DNA of 64,000 nt from Bdellovibrionales bacterium (lineage in GTDB: Bacteria; Bdellovibrionota; Bdellovibrionia; Bdellovibrionales; JAUICD01). This document shows, in pieces, positions 1 through 10,900 of this stretch. Each line of letters starts with the position of its first letter. Within the stretch, counting starts at the first letter, position 1. The notes beneath the pieces are model-generated. The model worked only from the letters and a program-made list of their open reading frames with translations, was not told where the DNA came from and did not search any database. Both the position numbers and the translations under genes were made by a program. The stretch lies in the NCBI GenBank assembly GCA_965262715.1, contig OZ253553.1, positions 2,336,001-2,400,000 of the forward strand. The letters are read 5' to 3'.

Positions 1-478
1 AAGGAATTAATCCGGCTCTTAGCCGGCCATAGACAGGCCATTTAGCTTGAATGAAGACAGATGTCATCCCGTAATTGTATCTCATGCGTGAAGGGTTATA
101 TTGATGTAAAAAGAAACTTCTTAGAAAAGATTGGTTTTCGGAAAAAAGAAAATGAGCAGAATAATAATCTTTTCCGAGCGATAAGTACAAGGAAGATGGA
201 AAAAGTTGAAACCTATTTTTCTTTGAAAGAACAAAAGCAGGTTGTAAGAAAATTTCACCAATAAATCCTTTCTCTTCCTGGAATTCATCATCTGCTAGGC
301 GTTCGAATTCTTTGCTATGAGGATCTATATGAGCATAAGTAGGTGAAATGATAGTAATGCAAGTCATTATAAACAGAGAAAGTATTTTTATGAATTTGAG
401 GTAAAATATAGGCTTAAGAAGCAACAAATGAAGAAGAGAATAGAAGATTGGATATATTTTTAAAATGGGTGACTTCAT
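1..478 (-). CDS. Hypothetical protein, 5' part only (runs off the window start)
   Basis: Manually read open frame from ATG at 478 (MKSPILKIYP...) to position 1 with no stop; GAGGG SD-like motif upstream. Confidence 0.6.
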   Translation of the reverse strand, partial: MKSPILKIYPIFYSLLHLLLLKPIFYLKFIKILSLFIMTCITIISPTYAHIDPHSKEFERLADDEFQEEKGFIGEIFLQPAFVLSKKNRFQLFPSSLYLSLGKDYYSAHFLFSENQSFLRSFFLHQYNPSRMRYNYGMTSVFIQAKWPVYGRLRAGLIP

Positions 479-714
479 AAAAACCCTCGTTAATTGGCTA
501 CTATACTTTATGTTTAGTCAAAAAGTCTATACTATAAAGTTCTTTTTATTTCCATAATATCCCCTTAATATCTTAAAAAATTCATTTTGAAGGGTATTTG
601 ATAATTTCAGGAAAATGGATTAAATAGAAATAGTCTCTAAATTTTATTAGAACCGGTCTCAAAAATAAAGATTTGATAAACATTGCTAGCGGTTCATAAC
701 TTTATCTAACTATT

Positions 715-858
715 TTTACTAAAATGCATCTTGCCTCTGGCGACTTTCTGGTAGTCAGCCTGACGATTCACATCGTCAGCAAATAGCTGACTACCTAGAA
801 AGCCTGAGGCATTTTAGTAAACGAGATACTTCTCATTGGTTAATATCATGTTAAGGGA
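715..858. repeat. Dispersed nested-hairpin element, family A, copy 1
   Basis: Stems TTTACTAAAATGC/GCATTTTAGTAAA, GGTAGTCAGC/GCTGACTACC, CTGACGAT/ATCGTCAG; tail ATCATGTTAAGG; homologous to 2983-3140 and 7638-7788 (reverse). Confidence 0.8.
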
Positions 859-1081
859 ATCGTCTATGTCTTTCTATAAACGTTTGTACCTATTACCTCT
901 AAATTCTTGTATAAAGGGTTGTCTTCCTCAAAATGAATGACCCCACTGGCGTGCTTTCTGGCACTGGCCTGAGGTGGCTTGCTACAACTAGATCAAAAGC
1001 CTACTGTAGGACCTATGAAATTTTTGTGTAACAATGCTTAGAAAAATTATACATTTGCGTGTATTTTAATAAAAGAATGTT

Positions 1082-1615
1082 TCAGTTTTCACATTCAAAT
1101 ATCTGTAAAATTTGATCTAGCAAACGAATACCTCTTCTTTTTGTTTCTAAAATAGATTTTGTAAAATGTTTATTATAAGACTCATACTTTAGTTTTTCTT
1201 TTGCATTTAATATCTTGGATTCAAAGGTCTTTTTACAGGCCTTACTTGTTTGTGGTTTTAGATGTCCTAAAATATCTAAAAGAAACCCTTCTAGACAAGG
1301 TTTAGCAATCCAAACATCTTCATTTATTTTATTTTCATCTTCTGGCTTGATCCTATCTCCATTTAAAAGGATGTAGGATTTATCAATACTTAGACAGGTT
1401 TCTTTTTTGCTAACAGTCTTTTGCATACTTGATAGGCTACCGCCATCTTCAGATGTTATTTGAACGAACTTTTTATTTCCTGCATCTCCTTTTAGATACA
1501 AGGTTTTTATATACTTAAGAAATGCAACTTCTGTTTTGCCTTCACAGTGAATAAGGATGGACTTCTTAGTGATTTTTTTGTTTTTCTTAGGACTTTTCAT
1601 AAATTCAAATATCAA
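1082..1615 (-). CDS. RloB-like (Toprim-fold) protein
   Basis: ILIHCEGKTE motif and PCLEGFLL motif; 4-bp overlap with upstream AAA ATPase. Confidence 0.75.
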   Translation of the reverse strand: MIFEFMKSPKKNKKITKKSILIHCEGKTEVAFLKYIKTLYLKGDAGNKKFVQITSEDGGSLSSMQKTVSKKETCLSIDKSYILLNGDRIKPEDENKINEDVWIAKPCLEGFLLDILGHLKPQTSKACKKTFESKILNAKEKLKYESYNKHFTKSILETKRRGIRLLDQILQIFECEN

Positions 1616-2787
1616 TAATCAATATCAGGAAAACCGCCGTAAACCCCTGACATATAATTCTTAAATAGATTATCTTTATCCTTTATATCTTCAAATTGAT
1701 CTAATCTATAGGTTGAAGATTTATTGTCCTTAGTCTTTTTTACTAAATGTACCTGATATTTGTTTAAATCCATTAAGATGGGACTCATGTGGGATGTAAA
1801 TAAAATTTGCCCTTGATTCTTTTGTTCTGTAAATAAGTGTAAGATTCTAGAGACGGCTTGAGGATGAATTCCTAATTCCAATTCGTCAATCACTATTAAT
1901 AATTTATTTTTAAGACTTTTGAGAATTGGATATAGTTTTGTAAAAAGGTTTTGAGTGCCATGTGATTCTGCAAATAGAGGTAGTGTGAAAGGGTTGTTTT
2001 GTTGATCAGGACGTGACATAAATGGTATTGTAATCATTATAGACTTACTGTGTTTATCAAGTGCTTGCCCTTTTTCGAGTGTTAAAGTGTGTTCTCCTAA
2101 GTCTAAGTTTTTTAAAATGTCCTTCATTTGATCTAGTAGGTCATCATCTTTTTGATACTTTCTTGAAAATTTGTTTAACTCTAAGATTAGATCGGGATTG
2201 GGTTGCTCCAAAGACATTTGGTGTTCCCAAAAATTTTTAATTTTTTGCATTTCTGGTTCATTGATTTGAGCAAAAGTAGAAATGATAGAAGCATTTGCGC
2301 GAGTTAAGTGGATGTTTTTTTTAAGTAGAGGTTCTGTTTTTTTGTCTTCAAAGTTTGTCTCTATAAAATTTTGTTTTTTTCTCTTAAAAATCATCACATT
2401 TTCTTTAGGAGATATTTTTTGAAGTTTTTCCAATAGAACTCCCTGTCTATTTAATTCAAAAGAATAATCATAATATAAATTATTAATAAAAAAGCCTACA
2501 TTGAATGAGCTTTTATCTTCGTTGGACATATATGGTTGATAAATTGGGGACCCCGGGTTTTTATCGTGAAAAGAATTAACAATGAAATATCTTATAAAAT
2601 CAAGAGCTTTTATTACATTTGTTTTACCGGAAGCGTTTGGGCCTAAAATAGCTGCTATTTTAGAAAGTCTTGTGTCAGCACATTTGGTGAACGCTCCTGT
2701 TTTTGGAGCATTTTCATCTACTTCAAAAGAGATCATGCCCTCATCTTTAAAAGAGAGAAAGTTTTTCCAACTAAAATATTTAATCAT
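1612..2787 (-). CDS. AAA/ABC-type ATPase (AAA_21, RloA/AbiLi-like)
   Basis: NFLSF N-terminus, Walker A GPNASGKTN, ESHGT signature, Walker B IDELELGIHP, FTSH, C-terminal YMSGVYGGFP. Confidence 0.85.
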   Translation of the reverse strand: MIKYFSWKNFLSFKDEGMISFEVDENAPKTGAFTKCADTRLSKIAAILGPNASGKTNVIKALDFIRYFIVNSFHDKNPGSPIYQPYMSNEDKSSFNVGFFINNLYYDYSFELNRQGVLLEKLQKISPKENVMIFKRKKQNFIETNFEDKKTEPLLKKNIHLTRANASIISTFAQINEPEMQKIKNFWEHQMSLEQPNPDLILELNKFSRKYQKDDDLLDQMKDILKNLDLGEHTLTLEKGQALDKHSKSIMITIPFMSRPDQQNNPFTLPLFAESHGTQNLFTKLYPILKSLKNKLLIVIDELELGIHPQAVSRILHLFTEQKNQGQILFTSHMSPILMDLNKYQVHLVKKTKDNKSSTYRLDQFEDIKDKDNLFKNYMSGVYGGFPDIDY

Positions 2788-2982
2788 TGTCTTTCCTTAT
2801 TAACGATATCTTATAAATTAAAATTCATTTAACAACATAACATAGAGTTAAATAGATAAAAAGTCAAACAAGCAATATTAAAATAGGCTTCCAGTATCTT
2901 TATCTAAAGAATCTTTTTCTGTGATTCTGCTGTCTAAGAGGGTTTAAATAGAATGTATTATTTATATTGCCAGGGTTAAGGT

Positions 2983-3140
2983 TTCCTTAACATGATGTAA
3001 AAAAAGAGAAATATCTCCTTACTCAAAATAAACGGATTTTTGAGGTAGTTAGTATTTTCTTGAAGGCGTAAGCCTTCAGGCTAACTGCCCAAAAATGGCC
3101 AGAAGCTCGCCTCAAGAGGCCAGTTTATTTTGAGTGAAAC
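2983..3140. repeat. Dispersed nested-hairpin element, family A, copy 2 (inverted)
   Basis: CCTTAACATGAT end; stems ACTCAAAATAAAC/GTTTATTTTGAGT, GGTAGTTAG/CTAACTGCC, TGAAGGC-GTAA-GCCTTCA. Confidence 0.75.
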
Positions 3141-3143
3141 AGG

Positions 3144-3839
3144 TTAGAATATTTCTTTAATACTAGCATCTTCAACAGAAGTTGTTTTTAAAATACGTTG
3201 GAGTTCATTATTAGCTAGGGTTTTATCAGAGTATACACCAGAACTGACTCTATACCAAGTTTGATCATTATCATCAGTAAAGGACATGTAAAAAGCATCA
3301 ATTCCTTGATCCTTTAAATTTTTTAAATAAGAAATAGCTTGATCTTCCTTTTTGTAAGTTCTTAGTTGTATAGTGTATTTAGCAGAAAGAGTTTTTTTTA
3401 CTTTTAAAGGCAAATTATTATACGAAGAACTTTCCATTTGAGGTGTTTCTGAAGACTCTAACTCATTTTTCTCTGGTATTTTTTTGTCTTGATGTTTTTG
3501 AACCTCTTCTGTGTCAGAAGAAGGTTTTCTTTGAGAAGGATTGGTTGTGGTGGTCGTATTTGTTTGGGAATGCACTTCTTGTGGAGGTTTTTTTTCTGAA
3601 TGAATATCCTGTACTTCTGAATGGGTATCCTTGACTTGCTTTTGATCAGGTTGAACTTTTTTAGTGTTAGAATCTAATTCTGAAGATATATTAACTGATT
3701 GAGGGTCAGTATCACTCCATTGTTTACCTAAAAATATACCAAGAGAAAAAGTCATTAGGCAAACAAAACACATGCTTGTCCATTTGATAGTTTGAATAAT
3801 ACCAGACTTCCAAAGATTTATTTGTTTTTCATTTCTCAT
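3144..3839 (-). CDS. SPOR-domain cell division protein (FtsN/DedD-like)
   Basis: N-terminal TM helix, low-complexity linker, C-terminal YTIQL...WYRV SPOR motifs. Confidence 0.8.
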   Translation of the reverse strand: MRNEKQINLWKSGIIQTIKWTSMCFVCLMTFSLGIFLGKQWSDTDPQSVNISSELDSNTKKVQPDQKQVKDTHSEVQDIHSEKKPPQEVHSQTNTTTTTNPSQRKPSSDTEEVQKHQDKKIPEKNELESSETPQMESSSYNNLPLKVKKTLSAKYTIQLRTYKKEDQAISYLKNLKDQGIDAFYMSFTDDNDQTWYRVSSGVYSDKTLANNELQRILKTTSVEDASIKEIF

Positions 3840-4267
3840 AAATATCCTTTTTAACTTCTAAATAAAAAATTATCAATTTTATTTGTATTATTTTTTTTAA
3901 TACTAATAATTAAAATCTTTTGAGTTAAAGTTATTCTAAATTAATTTGGTAGAACATACTATCAACCTTAAGATTTTTAGCTTTTCAAATGACATCAAAA
4001 AAGTCAAAACTTTAGTAAGGTTATAGAATATCTTTCGTTGTGTCAAACCGTGTCAAAAATTTGGTGAAACCTACTCTTAAGGTTATATTTTTTGTGTCAT
4101 TTTTGACATGTCTATTCTCTTAGTATTTCTAGCATTTTTAACCTATCGGCTGCTTTTATTGTTTTATGTTATAAAAGGGTTAGATTTTTTAGATAAAAAA
4201 ATATTTTTCCAATTATGAAACATTATAACTATCCATAAATCTAAAAAACATAGGGACAGAGCACTAG

Positions 4268-4879
4268 TTGGTATTTTATTTGCCCTATAAGTCAATAAGA
4301 CACATCTCATTAGACGAAAGGAAAATAATTATTTTAAACCAAAGCATTGAAAATAATATAACAAAAAAGTGTCAAGATTTAGAACATTTAAAAACTGTAT
4401 ATATTAAAACACTTTGGCTAGCTCTATCTCTAGTTCTTTCTCTATTTATAGGTTTGTCCGGAGAGTATTTATACCTATTAAAAGACCAAAAGACCTTGAT
4501 GAGCTCCATTTCAATTCAAAAGAATAAGCAAAATACAACAAATTTTATTTCTATAGATAATGTTTTGGTTTTAACTTATGAAGAAAAGAGTGAGAAAAAA
4601 ACAGTGTACTTGGATAAAAAAGTTAATGAATATAGGGTGTTAGCAAAAGTGCAAATGCAATTAGAAATGGATAATTATGAGATGTTAAACCAAGTTAAAG
4701 ATCAAAAACAATATATAAAGGATATGATGGCAGTTATTTTATCTGGTATGACATATAGAAAAATTTTACAGGAAAAGTCACAAGTTACTTTAAAAATAAA
4801 TATTAAAAATAAAATAAATAAGTTTCTCTCTAGAGGTAAAATTAAGGATATTCATAATATAAATATTATAAATTTGTAG
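4268..4879 (+). CDS. FliL-like flagellar basal-body-associated protein (start uncertain)
   Basis: TM helix, then KVQMQLEM...IKDMMAVILSG...KINKFLSRGKIKDI resembling the FliL C-terminal domain; upstream of fliA. Confidence 0.6.
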   Translation: MVFYLPYKSIRHISLDERKIIILNQSIENNITKKCQDLEHLKTVYIKTLWLALSLVLSLFIGLSGEYLYLLKDQKTLMSSISIQKNKQNTTNFISIDNVLVLTYEEKSEKKTVYLDKKVNEYRVLAKVQMQLEMDNYEMLNQVKDQKQYIKDMMAVILSGMTYRKILQEKSQVTLKINIKNKINKFLSRGKIKDIHNINIINL

Positions 4880-5080
4880 ATAGTGGTTATTAATTGTACA
4901 CATTAATTGTCATTTAAATATACACTTTATAAAAAATGACTAAATAGTATACAAAATATTTGAAATAGAAAAATATTAAAAAATATTTTAAAAAAATGAA
5001 AAATTGGCATGAAAAAGTTTGATCTTTTTTGAGAATTATATGTCTGATAAGATTATATTAATGAGACAGGAGGGATAAGG

Positions 5081-5932
5081 ATGTCATCTAATAAAACAAA
5101 AGCGTCAGCATTGCTGAGAAAGTATAAGGAAGATCCACAACAACTTACAAGTATGCAAAAAGACAAATTAATTATGGAGTATGCGCCATTAATTAAGTTT
5201 ATTGCATATAAAATTTCTGTTAGATTACCTTCTAATATTGAATTAGATGACTTAATTGCTAGTGGAGCAATTGGCTTGATGGATGCTATAGAAAAGTATG
5301 ATCCATCTAGAGACAACACATTCAAAACTTATGCCGAATTTCGTATACGTGGAGCTATTCTAGATGAGTTAAGAGCTCAAGATTGGGTTCCACGTAGTAT
5401 TAGAGATAAAGCTAAATTGCTAGAACGAACTTTTTCTCAACTTAAAAATCAATTAGGAAGAGATGCAACAGATCAAGAGGCTGCTGAAAAATTAGGTTTA
5501 AATATGGATGAATTTCACGAATTAACTTATCAAGTCTGTCCTGTAAGCATGATATCTTTAGATCACCAAACAACATTTAGCAGTATAGATAAAAAGTCTA
5601 TGCTAAACTTTTTAGAAGATTTTAAGATAGATAACCCTTTTAATGAATTAGAAACAAAAGCTATTAAATCTATTATAACAAAATCTATTAACAACTTGTC
5701 TGAAAAGCATAAAATCATTCTTTCTCTCTATTATTATGAAGATTTAAATTTAAAAGAAATAGGACGTGTTCTTCGTATCACAGAAAGCAGAGTATCTCAA
5801 TTGCATGCTCAAGCCATATTACGGCTCAAGGCTAAGTTATCAGTCTATCTTGATAAAGAGGTGCAAAAGCAAAAGGATGTGTCAAGAAATATCAACAGTT
5901 GTAATAACCAAGAAAAATATTTACAACATTAA
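5081..5932 (+). CDS. fliA: RNA polymerase sigma-28 factor FliA/WhiG
   Basis: FKTYAEFRIRGAILDELRAQDWVPRS and LYYYEDLNLKEIG...ESRVSQLH motifs. Confidence 0.95.
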   Translation: MSSNKTKASALLRKYKEDPQQLTSMQKDKLIMEYAPLIKFIAYKISVRLPSNIELDDLIASGAIGLMDAIEKYDPSRDNTFKTYAEFRIRGAILDELRAQDWVPRSIRDKAKLLERTFSQLKNQLGRDATDQEAAEKLGLNMDEFHELTYQVCPVSMISLDHQTTFSSIDKKSMLNFLEDFKIDNPFNELETKAIKSIITKSINNLSEKHKIILSLYYYEDLNLKEIGRVLRITESRVSQLHAQAILRLKAKLSVYLDKEVQKQKDVSRNINSCNNQEKYLQH

Positions 5933-6004
5933 GTAATGTGGCTTATGTTTGTTATAATGTAAATAAGAAATATTCACATTATTAACAAAAGCACAAGAGT
6001 CAGT

Positions 6005-7192
6005 TTGAAAAACTTAAATCATCTTGAAGAGTTTATACGGATAAATTATCCTTTTTGGAGAGAAGCTCTAAAAAACTACCCTATTCAAAAAGACTTATTA
6101 TTTAGTCGATCTATTCCTTTAAATCAAAAAATTTTTGAGGCATGTCATCTTATTATTAAAGCTTTTTGGCAATTAAGAAAGAATATTGCTTATCAAAACT
6201 ATATCAAAACTAATTATTCTATTGGTTGTGATCCTTGTAATTACTCTATACTTATGTGCTATGACTTTCACATAACAGGTGAAGATGTTAAATTGATCGA
6301 AATAAATACAAATGCTTCATTTGCGATAATTGCTGGAGTTTTAAGTCGTATGAATAAGCAGACATTACCTTTTGATTTATCTATGAAAGATTATGATGGG
6401 CATGAATTTTTAAGAAAGGCTATTGAGGAAGAAATAGCACTTTGTAAATTAGATGCAGGAGAGATAAATATCGCCATTATGGATGATCATCCTGAAAAAC
6501 AAAAAGCGTATTTTGAATTTCATTATTATAAAAATCTTTTTGAACATTGGGGTTACAATACTGTGATTTGTGATCCTTCAGAATTAGAATGGGATTCAAA
6601 GCATAAAGTGTTAAAGCACCATTTAGGCCAAACAATTCACTTTGTTTATAATCGTTGCTGTGATTTTTTATTAGAAAATCCTAAAAATAGACATTTAAAG
6701 CAGGCCTTTATTCATACGAAAACATGTTTTAGTCCTAATCCTTATGAATATTGCTTATTAGCACATAAACAGAGATTAATAGATCTTTCAAATAAAGATT
6801 TTTTAAGTTCATTAAACTTATCTAGAGATGAGCTGGAAATTATAAAGAAAGGTGTACCTTTTTCTTCTTCAATACGAGATATATCAAAAGAGCAATTATG
6901 GTCACAGCGTAAGAATTTATTTTTTAAGCCAAAAACTCTTTATGGTGGTAAGGGTGCTTTTAGAGGCGCCTCTATTTCTAGGAAAAAACTTGAATCTATA
7001 TATGATGAATCTTATATGGTTCAAGAATATTTTCCACCATCAATTTTTGAAGGTTACAAGTATGATTTGAGAATTTATACTTATAAGTCAAAGCCTTATC
7101 TTGCGCTAGCAAGATTGTATCGTGGTCAAGTGACAAATGCCAGTACAGTAGGTGGAGGACTTGCTAGCATAGATTGGCTGTTGAATGAATAG
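6005..7192 (+). CDS. Circularly permuted ATP-grasp / glutathione-synthase-like ligase
   Basis: YDFH...KLIEINTNA near N-terminus; FFKPKTLYGGKG, VQEYF, KYDLR, ARLYRGQVTN. Confidence 0.65.
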   Translation: MKNLNHLEEFIRINYPFWREALKNYPIQKDLLFSRSIPLNQKIFEACHLIIKAFWQLRKNIAYQNYIKTNYSIGCDPCNYSILMCYDFHITGEDVKLIEINTNASFAIIAGVLSRMNKQTLPFDLSMKDYDGHEFLRKAIEEEIALCKLDAGEINIAIMDDHPEKQKAYFEFHYYKNLFEHWGYNTVICDPSELEWDSKHKVLKHHLGQTIHFVYNRCCDFLLENPKNRHLKQAFIHTKTCFSPNPYEYCLLAHKQRLIDLSNKDFLSSLNLSRDELEIIKKGVPFSSSIRDISKEQLWSQRKNLFFKPKTLYGGKGAFRGASISRKKLESIYDESYMVQEYFPPSIFEGYKYDLRIYTYKSKPYLALARLYRGQVTNASTVGGGLASIDWLLNE

Positions 7193-7637
7193 ACACCAAT
7201 CTTCCATTTGAATGATTTCCAGATTCTCAGAAAATGAAATGTCTGAAAGTCTTATTTCAAAGGGCTAGCTTAAGAAGGATCAAGTCATGATATTGAAATC
7301 ACTTGATGTTTGCGCAATATAGTCGTTTTTATGTGCTGCCAATATATTTATATCAAATATTTTACAAGGTCATCTTTTTTAAGGATAATTTTTAATATAA
7401 AGACATAAGTTCAAATAGCAAGAGCTGGAAGTTTTCTCAGAGAGAAACAAAAGTAATACCTATAAAGATAGAAGTAATAAATATAAATGATAAAAGTTCT
7501 CAAAAAAACCCACTTCTCAATAAGAAAATCTATTTTTTCATAAGGGACGTGAGACTTCATTATTTTATATTTTGAGGAGTTTGACAAAGACTTAGTGAGA
7601 CAGCCCTTTTATGCGAAGCTTAAATTAATAAAACAAT

Positions 7638-7788
7638 GTCCTTAACATTGTGTTAAGAAATGAGGAGGTCCTTTCTACTAAAAATGCCTCAGACTTTTTA
7701 GACATTGCCCTATTTGCCAGATGGTGTAAGCACGCATGGGGGCAATGTCAGAAAGTTGCTAGAGGCAAGAGGCATTTTTAGTGAAACA
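7638..7788. repeat. Dispersed nested-hairpin element, family A, copy 3 (inverted), upstream of cas9
   Basis: Stems ACTAAAAATGCCTC/GAGGCATTTTTAGT and GACATTGCCC/GGGCAATGTC; reverse complement aligns to 715-858. Confidence 0.8.
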
Positions 7789-7864
7789 GATTATTTTAAA
7801 AACGTGGACATTAGAAGTCATTTTGAGATGAGTTTTAAGTATTGCTTGCGGTATTAAATAATGT

Positions 7865-7908
7865 TCTATCTTGATACGGTTGACAAGATAGATAAATCTT
7901 TCTAAAAT
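7865..7908 (+). promoter_or_regulatory. Predicted sigma70 promoter of cas9 with overlapping palindrome
   Basis: TTGACA (7880-7885), 17 bp, TAAAAT (7903-7908); inverted repeat TCTATCTTG/CAAGATAGA at 7865-7892. Confidence 0.65.
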
Positions 7909-7918
7909 TAAAAGTACT

Positions 7919-10900
7919 ATGTCAACAAAAGACAAAAAACTGGTCAGTCCTATTGCCATCGATCTAGGTGCTAAAAACACTGGAGTTTATTATGCTCATT
8001 ATCAAGCTGGTACAAAACTAAGTGCTATTAAGAAAGAAGGTGAAGTTTTAGAGTGGGGTAAATATACGTCCCTTTTGAAAGATCGTACTGCAAATAGGCA
8101 TATAAGACGTAATTACCAACGTAGAAAACTAGCTAAAAGGCTTTTATATTTAATTTTAGAAAATTATTTTCAATTTCCTGTGAAAAATCATATTCAAGCA
8201 TTAGGATTTTTTATGAATAGGAGAGGGTTCAATCGTTTAGAAGCAAATTACTCAGAAAAATTGCTCAATGAATTGCCTGATGGAATTTGGAAATTATTAC
8301 CTCTTAAGTTCAAAGAAAAATTAGATAAAGGTCATCTAGCAGAGAGCCTTGAAAATCTTGCTAATCAAAAAGAGTTAAAAGCAATTGAAGATTTAAAGAA
8401 ATCCGTTGAAGACAAAACGAAGCTTATTAAAAAAAAGACTTCTTACTGGAAGACTCTAAATCAAATTGATGATGCTATTTGTAATAAATTGAATGGAAAA
8501 GAAATAATAGGAAACAAAAAAGACAAGTCATTTAAAATTTCAAAATGGATCATTGAACGTGCTGTTCAAGAAGGAATAAAAATTGAGGCACTTATTGATG
8601 AAATCCAAGAACCAAAAAAGCAAGAAGTAGATATGTTAGAGTTTCTCAAAAAAAATGATGACTCTAAATTTTTAAAAGATATTCAAAGATCTTTACCAAA
8701 CAATATCGAAATCAAAGAACAAAAGAAAAAATTAAACAATAATGAATGGAATTTTGATCCATGGTCATTTGATCTAGGGAAGAATGAGGATTGTCTTGGT
8801 GATCCAGAATATAAAGATCATGTAAAACTTCACCTCCAACATTTGTGTTTTGCTATTTATAAAATTTATGATGAGTTATCATCAGGGGGTCGTCATCGCA
8901 ATTCATTTTTTAAAGAAATTAAAAAGGATTTAGAAAATTTAGGTAAAAGTCAAATTACTTATTTAAAAGATTTTGGAGATGCTATTTCTAATAGTCCAAG
9001 TCTTGATATAGATAAAATATTCCATCTAATAGCTCATATCAGTAATTTAGAACTCAAGCCACTAAGAGTTTATTTTAATGATAAAACTCACCTTAAATCT
9101 GATCAGTGGGATCTAAAAAAAATAAGTGACATTTTTAAAAAATGGTTTTCCAAGCAATGGAGAGTTAGCTTAAGTGATGGCGAAAAGAAAAAGCAAGAAT
9201 ATAAAGAGTTAAAAAACCTGTGGACAAAACACAAGAAAAAAGATGATGTGATCTCCTTTTGGATCAAAGCTTGTCCAAGTTTAACTATTCCACCCTATCA
9301 AGATATAAAAAATCGTAGACCACCAAGATGTCAAACTCTACTTTTAAACCAAGAATATCTTGATGACAAATACTCTGATTGGAGAAAATGGATTGAGCAA
9401 TTGATTAAATATAGAGAAAATAGCTTTTTAAAAAGATATGAAGATAAACTCAAAGAGCTTAAAAGTCAAAAGCAAAAACCGCAGCAAAAACCGCTTATAA
9501 AAACTAATGAAATTGACTTGCGAAAATTACAACTACTTTTGGATACAAGTAAAGCTTTAGATGCTTATAAATTAAATGATATATGGAGTACATATCATCA
9601 ATTACATCAAATAGATAGAGAAAACAACTTAGGTAAAAAAGGACTTATTAAAGAATATAAAGAAAAAATTAATAAAAGTAATTTACCAGAGTATTTTAAG
9701 AAAGATTTATTATTAGGTATTGAAAATCTATTTGAGAAAGAAAGCTTTGGTCATTTCATAAACAAATATTATCAAACAAAAAGGAAAGCTCGTGATGGCA
9801 GATACTTTCTACATCAAATTAAAAAAAATAAATGGTCTGACAAAGACAAGCTTCTGAAAATTTGTATTCATAAACCTAGGCAAAAAAAATATCAATTGAT
9901 ATATGATCTCATAGCTATTTTTGGTATTGAACTTGATGTTTTTAAAAACCTTATAGATTGGGACGACACTGTCTTAATAGCTACAAATATTAAAGTTCTT
10001 GAAAAATGGCTTGAAATAAAGTTAGAAAATTTTAGCAAAAAATGTGCCGATGCACAAAAAAAATATCGTGGTAGCCTTAAATATAAGATAGATATAGCAA
10101 TAAAACAACAGAAGAATGGCCATTTAAAACATGAAGATGGAGAATTAATTAATCTAGATAAACAAGCTAAAAAATTTTCCAAAGAAATAGCTCAAAAACT
10201 TTGGCCTGATAAAAGTCAAAAAGATCAAGATCAGCAGGCTCAACGTTTTGAGAGTGTCTTTAGTTTTGCTCAAATATATAGTGTTGTGTTTAAGGATCGC
10301 AATGGATTTTCAAAAACTTGCCCTGTCTGTAGCTTAGATAATAGCAGAAGAATGGAAGTTCTACAAGATAGTTTTGCTTATGCTTCTCGTCTTTCGGGAT
10401 TATCTATTAGGTTAATTGATGGGGCTGTGATGCGAATTTGTGATCGTCTTGGAAGTTACATTGTTCAAAAAAAATGGCCTATTATAAAAACTGCTTTGAA
10501 ACAAGAACAAAAGGTTTGTATTCCATTAATTATGGAACAAAACCACTTTGCTTTTGAACCTACATTAAATCAGATAAAAGGTAATAAAAATAGCAAGAAA
10601 CAAGATAAACAAACAGATGATCGAGAAACAAACTATAATGAAAAGATAGGTCGTATTAAAAAAGCATCTAAAGGTATTTGCCCATACGAAGGAATAAACC
10701 TCAGTAATTCAATGGAAATAGACCATATCATCCCACAGGCTTCTAAATATGGTACTCTCAACGACGAGGCCAATTTGATCTATGCTAGCAAATTAGCCAA
10801 TTCTGGAAAAACAGATACTCAATATTCTTTATCAGATATTCATAAAAAATATAAAATAGAAATTTTTGGCACTGATAATAATGAGGAGATTAAAAACTAT

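Noticed and set aside
61..264. 67-aa plus-strand ORF
   Set aside because: Shadow of a longer minus-strand frame (1-478) that has an SD and signal-like region
7759..7980. 73-aa ORF antisense to the cas9 start, as a possible regulator or anti-CRISPR
   Set aside because: No recognisable motif; overlaps the cas9 promoter and a repeat element
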